Part shown: positions 55,773 through 64,000 of the stretch, one piece after another
How the letters are laid out: each line of letters begins with the position of its first letter
Numbering within the stretch: the first letter of the stretch is position 1
From: Parcubacteria group bacterium
GTDB taxonomy: Bacteria > Patescibacteriota > Minisyncoccia > Moranbacterales > UBA11712
DNA length: 64,000 bases
Direction of reading: 5' to 3'
Assembly (NCBI GenBank): GCA_041659065.1
Contig: JBAZYY010000001.1
Coordinates: forward strand, 60,847 to 124,846
Translations under genes and position numbers: made by a program
Notes under the pieces: generated by a model
The model's input: the letters and a program-made list of their open reading frames with translations, nothing else
Told to the model about the DNA's origin: nothing
Databases searched by the model: none

Positions 55773-56681
55773 TCATATCTTCAAATATTTTCGGATGGCA
55801 ATGAGGCTGCTGATTGTGCCGAGAAGAATTCCCGCGAGGACTATGACCAAAAAAATGAGGATAAAATAGCGGGAAAAATCAGCTTGGACGACACTGACAT
55901 AACTTGAACCGACAATCATCGGAGTAACAATCTTAATCATAGGAAACAGAAACGCGGTCGAGATGACGGCGGCGACAACGCCGTAAATAATCCCTTCAAA
56001 TACGAATGGCAAGCGAATGAAGCTGTTGGATGCCCCTACAAGGCGCATAATTTCAATTTCATCGCCGTGCGTGTAGATTGTCATGCGAATGACGTTGAAC
56101 GTGATCAAAATCGCTATGGACGCAAAGAGGATAAACAGAAAGAGGCCGGTTTTGCGCACGGTTTTGAGAGTTGTGCTAAAGCGGTCAATCACCAGCTTGT
56201 ATTGCCGGTAATTGATGCTATTAATGTCTTGCTTGAAGGCGGAATTCTCAATTGAGCTCGCAATGACCTCATATTGCTCCGGATTCGTCGCTTTTATATT
56301 GATCGACGCCAGGAGCGGATTTTCATCCACAGCGTCCACTGCCTTCAAAATGTCAGGCTTATCGGCATTGTTGGTTTTGAATTCATCCAGAGCCTCATTC
56401 TTTGAGACATATTCCGCTGATTTGACTTCTTTATATCTTGATACTTCGCTCTTAAATTCAAGAATCCTGGACTCCGTTACTTCGCTTTTAAAATAGACCC
56501 GGATATCAAGCTTGTCCTGGATATATTTGAGGCCGAGATTGGCTGTGATGCTCAAAACCAGGATGATGCTGATAATAATGAGGGCTAAGGTCAAAATACT
56601 GACCGCGGCGACGCTCAGTGATCCGTTTCGATAGAAATTCAGAAAGCCTGATTTAGTTGTTCTCTTAAGAAGTACCCACAT
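55773..56681 (-). CDS. ftsX: Cell-division ABC transporter permease FtsX
   Basis: Four TM helices with a large extracellular loop after TM1; 302 aa; immediately downstream of ftsE. Confidence 0.8.
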   Translation of the reverse strand: MWVLLKRTTKSGFLNFYRNGSLSVAAVSILTLALIIISIILVLSITANLGLKYIQDKLDIRVYFKSEVTESRILEFKSEVSRYKEVKSAEYVSKNEALDEFKTNNADKPDILKAVDAVDENPLLASINIKATNPEQYEVIASSIENSAFKQDINSINYRQYKLVIDRFSTTLKTVRKTGLFLFILFASIAILITFNVIRMTIYTHGDEIEIMRLVGASNSFIRLPFVFEGIIYGVVAAVISTAFLFPMIKIVTPMIVGSSYVSVVQADFSRYFILIFLVIVLAGILLGTISSLIAIRKYLKI

Positions 56682-56700
56682 GACCTAAATTTAAAAAATA

Positions 56701-57414
56701 TTAAATTGCATAGCGGCCTTTGGAGTGGTCCCGAATAATTCTGCCTTGGTCTAGTGTTATCACTCTCCGTTTAATGTTATTTACGATATCCTTATCATGC
56801 GTGGCCAGAAGCACGGTCGTGCCCAGCTTATTGATCTTGAGGAGCAGCTGGATAATTCCCCAAGCGCTGATGGGATCGAGGTTTCCAGTCGGCTCATCGG
56901 CAATAATCAATGCGGGTCTGTGCACCAAAGCTCGGGCGATAGCGACTCTCTGCTGTTCTCCTCCGGAAATTTCCCGCGGATAACTTTTCATTTTGGTATG
57001 AAGCCCGACGATTTCCAAAATCTGCGGTACGGATTCTTCGATCTCGCGGTCGGTATGCCCGGACACTTCAAGCGCAAAAGAAACATTTTCAAAAACGGTT
57101 TTTTTAGGGAGAAGCTTAAAGTCTTGAAATACCGTGCCGATCCTGCGCCTGTGTCGGGGAAGCTGTTTGGAGGTAATTAAAGTGATATCCTCGCCATTAA
57201 AAAGAATTTGTCCGGAAGTCGGTTTGTCTTCGGAATAAAGCAGCTTCAAGATTGTTGATTTACCGGCGCCGCTGTGTCCCACAATGGAAACAAAATCTTT
57301 TTCTTCAATATCAAAAGAAACATCGTCCAATGCGACGCAGTTGGCGGCTCCAGTATATATCTTCTGTACATTTATAAATTGAATCATCGGCATAAGAGAA
57401 ATCTCAAAGCTCAA
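56701..57414 (-). CDS. ftsE: Cell-division ATP-binding protein FtsE
   Basis: Walker A GHSGAGKST, ABC signature ISGGEQQRVAIARAL and Walker B LIIADEPT. Confidence 0.9.
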   Translation of the reverse strand: MSFEISLMPMIQFINVQKIYTGAANCVALDDVSFDIEEKDFVSIVGHSGAGKSTILKLLYSEDKPTSGQILFNGEDITLITSKQLPRHRRRIGTVFQDFKLLPKKTVFENVSFALEVSGHTDREIEESVPQILEIVGLHTKMKSYPREISGGEQQRVAIARALVHRPALIIADEPTGNLDPISAWGIIQLLLKINKLGTTVLLATHDKDIVNNIKRRVITLDQGRIIRDHSKGRYAI

Positions 57415-57447
57415 ATGTCAAAAGTTAAAACTATGAAAATTATTTTT

Positions 57448-58543
57448 TTATAACTTGCAATTATCCGCGAGATAAGCTTCGACGAATGCGTCCAGATCCC
57501 CATCTAAAACGTCGGCTGGATTTTTGGACTCAACCTTTGTGCGATGGTCTTTGACCAGTTGATAGGGATGCAAAACATAAGATCTAATTTGACTCCCCCA
57601 CTGAACCGACGCGTGTTCGCCCTTGAGGCTCTCTTTTTCTTTTGCTTTTGCTTCCAGATTTTTCTGGAACAGTTTTGCTTTCAGTATATTTAAAGCTTTT
57701 TCTTTGTTTTGCAGCTGGCTTCGCTCGCTTTGGCAAGTGGCGGTTATTCCGGTCAGGAGATGCGTGATTCTGACTGCGCTTGAGGTTTTATTGACCGATT
57801 GACCCCCGGCTCCCCCGGAGCGATAAGTGTCGATTCGCAGATCCTTGGGGTCAAATTCGACTACATCCGAGGCCGAATCAAGCTCTGGTAAAATCTCAAC
57901 TAGTGCAAAGGATGTTTGCCTCAGATTATTGGCGTTAAACGGAGACAGTCTGACCAGGCGGTGGATGCCGGCTTCCGAGCGAAGATTTCCATAAGCCATC
58001 CTACCTCTGATTTCCAAGGTCGCGCTCTTAATCCCGGCCTCCTGTCCTCGGGATTCGGATATTATCTTAGCGTGCCATTTTTTTCTCTCGGCAAAACGCA
58101 GGTACATTCGCATCAGCATCTCAGCCCAATCCTGCGCGTCCACTCCGCCTGTACCGCTATGAATGCTTAAAATCACATTACGGTTGTCATATTCTCCTTG
58201 GAATGTCATTTCCTTTTCGAGTTCAAGTAGTTTCTGATCAAGCATTTCAAGCTCGGTCTGGATTTCCCTTTCCATCTTCTTGTCATTTGCGGAAATTTTT
58301 GAAAGTTCGGAAAGATTATTCAGGGAAGATTCAGTCTCGGACAGTCCGCTTACTTCTTTTTTGAGCATCTCCAGCTCTTTTAAGGTTTCCTGCGCTTTCT
58401 CCGGATTCTGCCAGAAGTTTTCATCCGCACTTAAGACCTCGAGTTCGGTGATTTTTTTTGATTTCGAGGCAAAGTCAAAGACAGTCACTTAACGAATTGA
58501 CTCTCAGGCGCATCTCATCAATTTTGTTCAAAATTTCTTGCAT
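57448..58543 (-). CDS. prfB: Peptide chain release factor 2, expressed via programmed +1 ribosomal frameshift
   Basis: SPF tripeptide-anticodon motif and GGQ motif (SGGAGGQSVNKT). Frame 0 runs from ATG 58543-58541 through MQEILNKIDEMRLRVNSLSDCL and ends at CTT TGA C (58480-58474). The +1 frame continues as DFASKSKK... to 57448. Confidence 0.85.
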
Positions 58544-58550
58544 TGGCCTA

Positions 58551-58559
58551 ATTATAACA
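58551..58559 (-). promoter_or_regulatory. Extended -10 element TGTTATAAT 7 nt upstream of the prfB ATG (leaderless-type promoter)
   Basis: Read on the minus strand: ...ATGTTATAATTAGGCCAATG. Confidence 0.4.
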
Positions 58560-58783
58560 TAGAGGGACATTTCCGCCAATATCCAGGGTAATAAGTAGCT
58601 AACTTTTGGGAGTAAATTTGGCTGAAATCATGGAATTATTTGCGCTCAGGAAAATAGTTGCTATAATTCAGAATGTTGTTGTGGGCCTGTGATATTTTCC
58701 TTTGAGTTTCAAAGGTTAAGCTAAAGGACTACTAAACAGTTGAAAAAAACTATTACTTTAACTATCGAGGGAAAATATGGCAG

Positions 58784-58857
58784 GCGGGATTAGTTTAGTG
58801 GCAGAACACGACCTTCCCAAGGTTGAAACACGGGTTCGATTCCCGTATCCCGCTCCA
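58784..58857 (+). tRNA. tRNA-Gly (anticodon CCC)
   Basis: Manual cloverleaf: acceptor GCGGGAU/AUCCCGC, anticodon stem CGACC/GGUUG with loop UUCCCAA, T-arm ACGGG-UUCGAUU-CCCGU, CCA encoded. Confidence 0.85.
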
Positions 58858-58864
58858 AAAATTT

Positions 58865-58877
58865 GCCGATGTAGCTC
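58865..58877 (+). pseudogene. tRNA 5' fragment (GCCGATG-TA-GCTC: acceptor strand plus start of D-stem) with no contiguous cloverleaf
   Basis: Matches the canonical tRNA 5' end through position 13, then diverges. It is complementary to the acceptor 3' strand of the fragment at 59073-59099. Confidence 0.4.
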
Positions 58878-58937
58878 CCTCCGTCGTCCCGCAGAGCGGG
58901 ACTTTGGCGGGCAGGCAGTTGGCAGAATAAAAAATAA

Positions 58938-59011
58938 GCCCACATAGCTCAGCTGGTAGAGCAATGCTTTCGTAAAGCAGAGGTCGTCGGTTCGACTCCG
59001 ACTGTGGGCTC
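58938..59011 (+). tRNA. tRNA-Thr (anticodon CGU)
   Basis: Manual cloverleaf: acceptor GCCCACA/UGUGGGC, D-arm GCUC-AGCUGGUA-GAGC, anticodon loop UUCGUAA, T-arm GUCGG-UUCGACU-CCGAC; CCA not encoded. Confidence 0.85.
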
Positions 59012-59072
59012 AGGCTTAGGTAGGCGGGGCGACGCAATTCCGCCAAAGGCGGATAAACTCCACGCGTAGGTC

Positions 59073-59099
59073 GCCGGTTCGATCCCGGCCATCGGCTCA
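59073..59099 (+). pseudogene. tRNA 3' fragment (T-arm GCCGG-TTCGATC-CCGGC plus acceptor 3' strand CATCGGC-T-CA) lacking an upstream D/anticodon arm
   Basis: Canonical T-loop. The acceptor strand pairs perfectly with GCCGATG at 58865-58871, ~205 nt upstream. No anticodon arm can be folded from the intervening sequence. Confidence 0.4.
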
Positions 59100-59135
59100 A
59101 ATAAAAAAGCCCGGCCGATAAGAGCCGAGCTTTTT
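59092..59135 (+). terminator. Terminator-like hairpin plus T-run after the tRNA cluster
   Basis: CGGCTC...GAGCCG stem followed by TTTTT. Confidence 0.5.
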
Positions 59136-59147
59136 ACAAAAACATTT

Positions 59148-60197
59148 CTACGGAAATACCGAAGGGTCGCCTTGCGAAGTTGCGCCCAAGGAGCTTTCAA
59201 ATTGTTTCATTCCTGAGTCGGTAAATTCAGCAAGCTCTGAATCCTTATTCCAGGCGTAATCCTTGAGAAAAATTGTGATGTTATAATCTTTTGTTTTTTC
59301 TTTTAACCAATCCGCAAAGGTTGTTTTTTTGACAAAAATTTGCCGGATGTGAACCAAGTCCTGGTCATCTTCGGTCTTTTTTTCTTCAAGTTTGATGATA
59401 TGGAAGCCCAAAGGGCTTTCTATAGCCTCACTTACCTCGCCTGGTTTCATCGCGAAAGCTTTGTCAGAGACAGCTTGGATTAGTTGGTCCTTGGTTGACC
59501 AGCCCAAATCTCCCCCACCTTGAGAACTTTGCCCCTCGGAATCGATACTTGCAACTTTCGCGAAATCTTCCTTGTTCTTTGCTACTCTTTCCCAAAGCGA
59601 TTGGGCTTTTTTAAGCTGGGTGGAGGTATCCACTTCATTAGCGTAAGCTTCTGATAACTTCTCGGCGTATAACTCCGGCTTCACTACCTGTTGTTTAAAA
59701 TCAGAAAAGGTCCAGCCATAGAGCCGAGCCAGATCGCTGATGAGTTTTTCCCGGTTGCCATATTGCTGAATATTATTTTCAACCTCGGCGTCAACCGCCT
59801 GATCACTGATTTCTATGCCACGTTTTTGCGCCAAGCTCAGAATAATTTTATTTTCAATAAGTTTGTTAATCACCTCTTTCTCTTTTACTTTCAGCCGCTT
59901 TTCCCCCTGATCTGTCCCGAAGTCAACTCGCATGCCGATCTGTTCAAAATCCTGGGATTCATAAAACTTTTTAACGGAGTTTAAATCCGCTTTGATTTCA
60001 TTCACGCTGATTGAGCCCGCTCCATTTACGTAAACGGCAGGAAAAGGAAGTAAGTTTGATACACTAGTGAAAACACGATTGTTCCAATTAAACTTATATA
60101 CGCCGAGTACCATAACCAAAAGAAAGGCAAAAATAATAACAATGGCCGCAATGACCGAGATTAGCAAAGTCAGCTGCTTTTTTTTATTCTTTTTCAT
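59148..60197 (-). CDS. Membrane-anchored parvulin-type peptidyl-prolyl isomerase (PrsA/SurA-like foldase)
   Basis: N-terminal TM helix, SurA-like helical region, and C-terminal parvulin domain (GGDLGWSTKDQL...SPLGFHIIKLEE). Confidence 0.75.
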   Translation of the reverse strand: MKKNKKKQLTLLISVIAAIVIIFAFLLVMVLGVYKFNWNNRVFTSVSNLLPFPAVYVNGAGSISVNEIKADLNSVKKFYESQDFEQIGMRVDFGTDQGEKRLKVKEKEVINKLIENKIILSLAQKRGIEISDQAVDAEVENNIQQYGNREKLISDLARLYGWTFSDFKQQVVKPELYAEKLSEAYANEVDTSTQLKKAQSLWERVAKNKEDFAKVASIDSEGQSSQGGGDLGWSTKDQLIQAVSDKAFAMKPGEVSEAIESPLGFHIIKLEEKKTEDDQDLVHIRQIFVKKTTFADWLKEKTKDYNITIFLKDYAWNKDSELAEFTDSGMKQFESSLGATSQGDPSVFP

Positions 60198-60230
60198 TGA
60201 AGTATGATTTAAAAATTCAAAATTCTCACG

Positions 60231-60656
60231 CTATACTTTTGGAGTAAAAAAGAATTTCCACCACTTTTGCCAATTCGGCGAATTGTCTTCCACGGGAGCT
60301 TGTTCATTTGAATTCACGTTTTCATTCTTGCTTTGCTGGGCCCCTATCTCCTTTTGAAGTACGATCATTTTTTCGTCGGCCTTCTGGAGATTTAATTTTT
60401 CGCGAGCTTCCTTTTCCTGGTAATCTGATGAAGAGAGATAAGATAGCAAGTCGCCCAACTGGCTATTTTCCTTGTTTAACCCTTCGATTTGGCTTTGCAG
60501 CTCGTCAATTTCCTTTTGAATTTGGTGTTTGCGGTAAGTCTCTTTGCCGAGAGATATCCCGATTAAAACCAGCACAGTTAAACCTCCCAGAAAGAATAAT
60601 CCGGAAAAAAATTTTACGCCGATCTTTGTTTTATCTCTCCTAAGTCCTCTCGGCAT
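60231..60656 (-). CDS. FtsB/DivIC-like septum-formation initiator (TM helix plus coiled coil)
   Basis: Single TM helix followed by a heptad-rich region (IQKEIDELQSQIEGLNKENSQLGDLLSYLSS). Confidence 0.55.
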   Translation of the reverse strand: MPRGLRRDKTKIGVKFFSGLFFLGGLTVLVLIGISLGKETYRKHQIQKEIDELQSQIEGLNKENSQLGDLLSYLSSSDYQEKEAREKLNLQKADEKMIVLQKEIGAQQSKNENVNSNEQAPVEDNSPNWQKWWKFFFTPKV

Positions 60657-60895
60657 CGGCAGTCGCTAAAATGATTATGAAATGCAATGTAAATACTAAA
60701 GTCTGAAGAGCGGCGCAAGCGTAAAGGCTACCATTGAGATAACGGCGAGAAGAGATATGATTATCCAGATTAATCGAATTTTTTTTCTATGGCTGTTTTT
60801 CACCTGGCTAAAAAATTATATTTAAGTGTATCTAACGTAACCCACTATTTTAATTGCATCGCTGCTGGCGGGGTTTCTTTTATAAGATTATACCA

Positions 60896-62695
60896 TTATT
60901 TCCGCATTACCGCCAGAAAGGCGGAGCTTGGTATTTCAACCCGTCCGACTTGGGACATCTTTTTCTTCCCCTTTTTCTGTTTTTCAAGAAGTTTTCTCTT
61001 TCGAGTGACGTCTCCCCCGTAGAGTTTGGCGGTTACATCTTTTCGGAAAGCCTTAATTGTTTCGCGAGCAATAATTTTTCCGCCGATCGCGGCTTGGATG
61101 GCTACCTGGAAATTCTGGCGAGGGATGGCATCTTTGAGTTTTTCTACGGCTATTTTTCCATCGGAAAATGCCTTATCCCTGGGTACAATTCTCGAAAACG
61201 CGTCTATTTGATCTCCGGCGACCATGATGTCGAGCTTAATGAGGTCATTCGGTCTATAGCCCGTTACCTCATAATTCATGGATGCAAAGCCGCTGGTTGC
61301 GCTTTTTAGCCGGTCATGGAGGTCAATGATTACATCCGTGAGAGGCGCGTTAAAGGTTAGGATGATCCGCTCGCTGTCCAGATACTCCGTGTTTTTATAC
61401 TCGGCTCGCGTGGTATTCATGAGTTCCATAATGTTTCCGAGATAGCTCGAGGGCGAAATAATATCCAGCTTTACATACGGCTCTTCAATAGACTCGATCA
61501 CGGAGGGATCGGGCATTTCAAGCGGTGAATATATATCCAGCATCTCATTTTTGCCCTTTGCTTTTACTCGATAAACAACACTTGGCGACGTAATTACAGG
61601 CTCAATTTCAAATTCTCTCCTCAGCCGTTCCTGGACAATTTCAAGGTGCAGGAGTCCTAGAAATCCGCAGCGAAAGCCTCGTCCCAGTGCCTGGTTGCTT
61701 TCGGGTTCAAATGTAAAGGCGGCGTCATTTAATTTCAGTTTGCCCAAGGAGTCTCGCATTACATTATAGTCATCTCCGTCGGCCGGATACAGGCTGGCGT
61801 AAACCATGGGTCTGATTTCTTTATAGCCCGGAAGTGGTTCAACGTTTGCGGCCTGTTTTTCAAATGCAATCGTATCTCCGACTCGACAGTCCACGACACT
61901 CTTGAAGCCGGTTGCAATATAGCCGATCGCGCCGGCGGAAAGAGTATTAGTTTTCTTTAATTCCGGATGAAAATACCCGACTTCTATTACGCTGCTTGGC
62001 TGCCGGGTCGCGATTGTCATAATCTTGTCTTCGGATTTAATTTTCCCATCGATTATGCGGACATAGGCCAGAACTCCTCTGTAAGAATCATATTTTGAAT
62101 CGAAAATTAGGGCCCGGGCGGGTTTTGCTAGATCTCCTTTTGGAGCGGGTACTTTTTGGATGACATTTCTAAGGATTTCTTCGACCCCCTCCCCGCTTTT
62201 CCCACTGGCGAGAAGAATTTCCTCGGGCATGCATCCGAGAAGATGAATAATCTCTTTCTTTGTTTTTTTAATTTCGGCATTCGGAAGATCAATCTTGTTA
62301 ACGACGGGGATAATTTCCAGCCCTTGCTCAATGGCTTGGTACAGATTCGCAACCGTTTGCGCTTGCACGCCCTTAGTCGCATCAACCAGAAGCACCGCGC
62401 CTTCCACCGCAGCGAGAGACCTCGAAACTTCATATTGAAAATCAACATGTCCCGGAGTATCAATCAGGTTCAAAACGTATTGATCGTCATCAAAGGAGTA
62501 CTGCATCCTTACTGGCTGCAGCTTGATGGTGATTCCCCTTTCTCGCTCAAGATCCATAGTGTCTAATAGCTGTTCTTTCATTTTCCGGTCCTCGACAGTA
62601 TTCGTGATTTCGAGCATTCGATCCGCCAAAGTCGATTTACCATGGTCTATGTGAGCTATGATACAAAAATTTCGGGTATTTTTTTGAATATCCAT
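60896..62695 (-). CDS. lepA: Elongation factor 4 (LepA)
   Basis: G-domain motifs IIAHIDHGKSTL, DTPGH and NKID plus the LepA-specific C-terminal domain; 599 aa. Confidence 0.95.
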   Translation of the reverse strand: MDIQKNTRNFCIIAHIDHGKSTLADRMLEITNTVEDRKMKEQLLDTMDLERERGITIKLQPVRMQYSFDDDQYVLNLIDTPGHVDFQYEVSRSLAAVEGAVLLVDATKGVQAQTVANLYQAIEQGLEIIPVVNKIDLPNAEIKKTKKEIIHLLGCMPEEILLASGKSGEGVEEILRNVIQKVPAPKGDLAKPARALIFDSKYDSYRGVLAYVRIIDGKIKSEDKIMTIATRQPSSVIEVGYFHPELKKTNTLSAGAIGYIATGFKSVVDCRVGDTIAFEKQAANVEPLPGYKEIRPMVYASLYPADGDDYNVMRDSLGKLKLNDAAFTFEPESNQALGRGFRCGFLGLLHLEIVQERLRREFEIEPVITSPSVVYRVKAKGKNEMLDIYSPLEMPDPSVIESIEEPYVKLDIISPSSYLGNIMELMNTTRAEYKNTEYLDSERIILTFNAPLTDVIIDLHDRLKSATSGFASMNYEVTGYRPNDLIKLDIMVAGDQIDAFSRIVPRDKAFSDGKIAVEKLKDAIPRQNFQVAIQAAIGGKIIARETIKAFRKDVTAKLYGGDVTRKRKLLEKQKKGKKKMSQVGRVEIPSSAFLAVMRK

Positions 62696-62778
62696 ATTAT
62701 TTAATCTAGCGCATTTTCGGCTTTTTGCAAATAAAAAAAGTGCCGTGAAGTGACACTTAAATTTTCATTTTAAATTTT

Positions 62779-64000
62779 TTAGATCCCACTCGCCTCCGTT
62801 GGGTCTTCCGGCAGAGCTTGTCGCTGGCGCAAGATATTGCGAGAAAAGAAATTTTTAATCGCGTAAAATTCTTTAATTTTCAGCAGCCAGCTAAGCAAAG
62901 CGTACAGCGCCAATCCGACTGCTCCGCAGAAAAGCATTTGTGAAAAAACTCCCGCGAAAGTATCGAGATTCACAAATGACTCGATTAGGTATTTTGAAAG
63001 CTGCGCGGCGATTCCGGCCGCCAAAGCGGAGATGGCAATCTTGATTGTCCCTTCGGAAATAGAGCTGTCATTCAAATTGCCAGCTTTTATATGGAGCATT
63101 ATCATAAGCAAAAACATATTCACGATACAGGCGGACGAAAACGCGATGGCAAGTCCCAGAACGCCCCAGTAATGAGTGAAAATTAAGGCTGCGGCCAAAT
63201 TAACTACCTCGCTGATAATTCCGGTAAAAAAGGGTATTTTTGTGTTATGCAGGGCATAGAAGGAACGAGTTAGGAGAGGCAGAATGCTTTGCGCAAAAAG
63301 ACTGATAGCAAAGATACCCAGACATTGAAAAGTGAGCGTGGTATCCTCCCAATCGAACTTTCCGCTCCCAAGGATTACTCGCACGACCTGAGCTCGAAGT
63401 ACTAGGAGTAAAACGCTGGCCGGGATGACAAAATAAAGAATTTGCCGGAACGTCTCCGAAAAGTGACTGATGAAAACCGGGAAATCTTTTTTGGCGGCGG
63501 CATGAGACAAACTTGGGAATACGGCCAGCGCCAGTGGTATGCCAAAAATACCGAGCGGAAAACTTTGCAAATTATTCGCAAAATTGAAAATTGCCAAGCT
63601 TCCGGCAGCCAGAGTCGAAGCGATAATTGTAATAATTAAAAGGTTGATCTGCGTGACAGCCAAGCCCATAGTCCGTGGTATCATCAAGCGAATAATTTTT
63701 CTGAAATGTTTATTTTTGAGGTCAAAATTTAAATGGAACGAGAAGCCTGAAAGTTTAAGGGCCGGGTATTGAAGCAGCATGTGCAAAAAAGCTCCCAGTA
63801 CCACTCCCCAGGCTAGCCCGGCTATTCCAAAATATTTTACCAAAAAAATTGCTCCGACAATTATTCCCAAATTGTACATAATGGGCGCTAGAGAATAAAT
63901 CAAAAAGCGCTTGAAAGAATTCAGAATGCCTCCAAAGACGCCACTGATTCCCAGAAATATTGGACTCAAAAACATTATTCTTGTCAAAGTGATGACTTCC
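62779..64000 (-). CDS. murJ: Lipid II flippase MurJ (MviN family), N-terminus runs off the window
   Basis: Polytopic MOP-superfamily protein. The ORF is open to the window edge and is missing ~100 N-terminal residues relative to typical MurJ. Confidence 0.7.
   Translation of the reverse strand, partial: EVITLTRIMFLSPIFLGISGVFGGILNSFKRFLIYSLAPIMYNLGIIVGAIFLVKYFGIAGLAWGVVLGAFLHMLLQYPALKLSGFSFHLNFDLKNKHFRKIIRLMIPRTMGLAVTQINLLIITIIASTLAAGSLAIFNFANNLQSFPLGIFGIPLALAVFPSLSHAAAKKDFPVFISHFSETFRQILYFVIPASVLLLVLRAQVVRVILGSGKFDWEDTTLTFQCLGIFAISLFAQSILPLLTRSFYALHNTKIPFFTGIISEVVNLAAALIFTHYWGVLGLAIAFSSACIVNMFLLMIMLHIKAGNLNDSSISEGTIKIAISALAAGIAAQLSKYLIESFVNLDTFAGVFSQMLFCGAVGLALYALLSWLLKIKEFYAIKNFFSRNILRQRQALPEDPTEASGI

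Noticed and set aside
58865-59099. tmRNA (ssrA) hypothesis: paired 5'/3' acceptor strands with a T-arm at the 3' end and a short reading frame ending GCA GAA TAA
   Set aside because: The ~235 nt span is too short. It encloses an intact canonical tRNA-Thr. The candidate tag frame does not resemble an SsrA tag, and no pseudoknot-like structures were seen. Kept as a split-tRNA observation instead.
58758-59200. Three minus-strand ORFs (68, 101, 83 aa) spanning the tRNA cluster
   Set aside because: They overlap well-folding plus-strand tRNA-Gly and tRNA-Thr genes and are GC-rich antisense artefacts of the tRNA sequences.

Overview
This is a 64 kb, AT-rich bacterial chromosomal segment. Gene content suggests a Candidate Phyla Radiation / Patescibacteria-type organism; this is an inference. 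Supporting signs are a minimal NifS/NifU Fe-S system, many glycosyltransferases, two LCP proteins, almost no transcription factors, leaderless TGnTATAAT promoters and tightly packed or overlapping genes. Identifiable content: (i) housekeeping genes gltX, pyrG, glyA, folD, def, fmt, priA-like, lepA, prfB (with its programmed +1 frameshift), rpmA, rplI, groES, ftsEX and murJ (partial); (ii) a ~17 kb cell-envelope glycan locus (15.5-32.1 kb) with GT2/GT4/GT-C transferases, an LCP protein, an O-antigen-ligase-like polymerase, a Wzx flippase and an O-methyltransferase, interrupted by an RtcB RNA ligase and a Tmk-like kinase; (iii) a complete AmmeMemoRadiSam triad (radical SAM + Memo-like + AMMECR1); (iv) tRNA-Gln, tRNA-Gly and tRNA-Thr, plus an apparently split tRNA-like gene whose 5' and 3' halves flank tRNA-Thr; (v) an accessory stretch (47.5-55.7 kb) holding a five-gene minus-strand cluster (GIY-YIG, RsbW-like GHKL ATPase, unknown, secreted HExxH protein, PNPOx-like) whose promoters share a repeated bipartite palindromic motif, and a tRNA-Gln-adjacent islet with a GC-rich gene of unknown function under a consensus sigma70 promoter. 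No CRISPR array, transposase or integrase was recognised. All calls rest on reading the translated ORFs and the DNA by eye; no database search was run.
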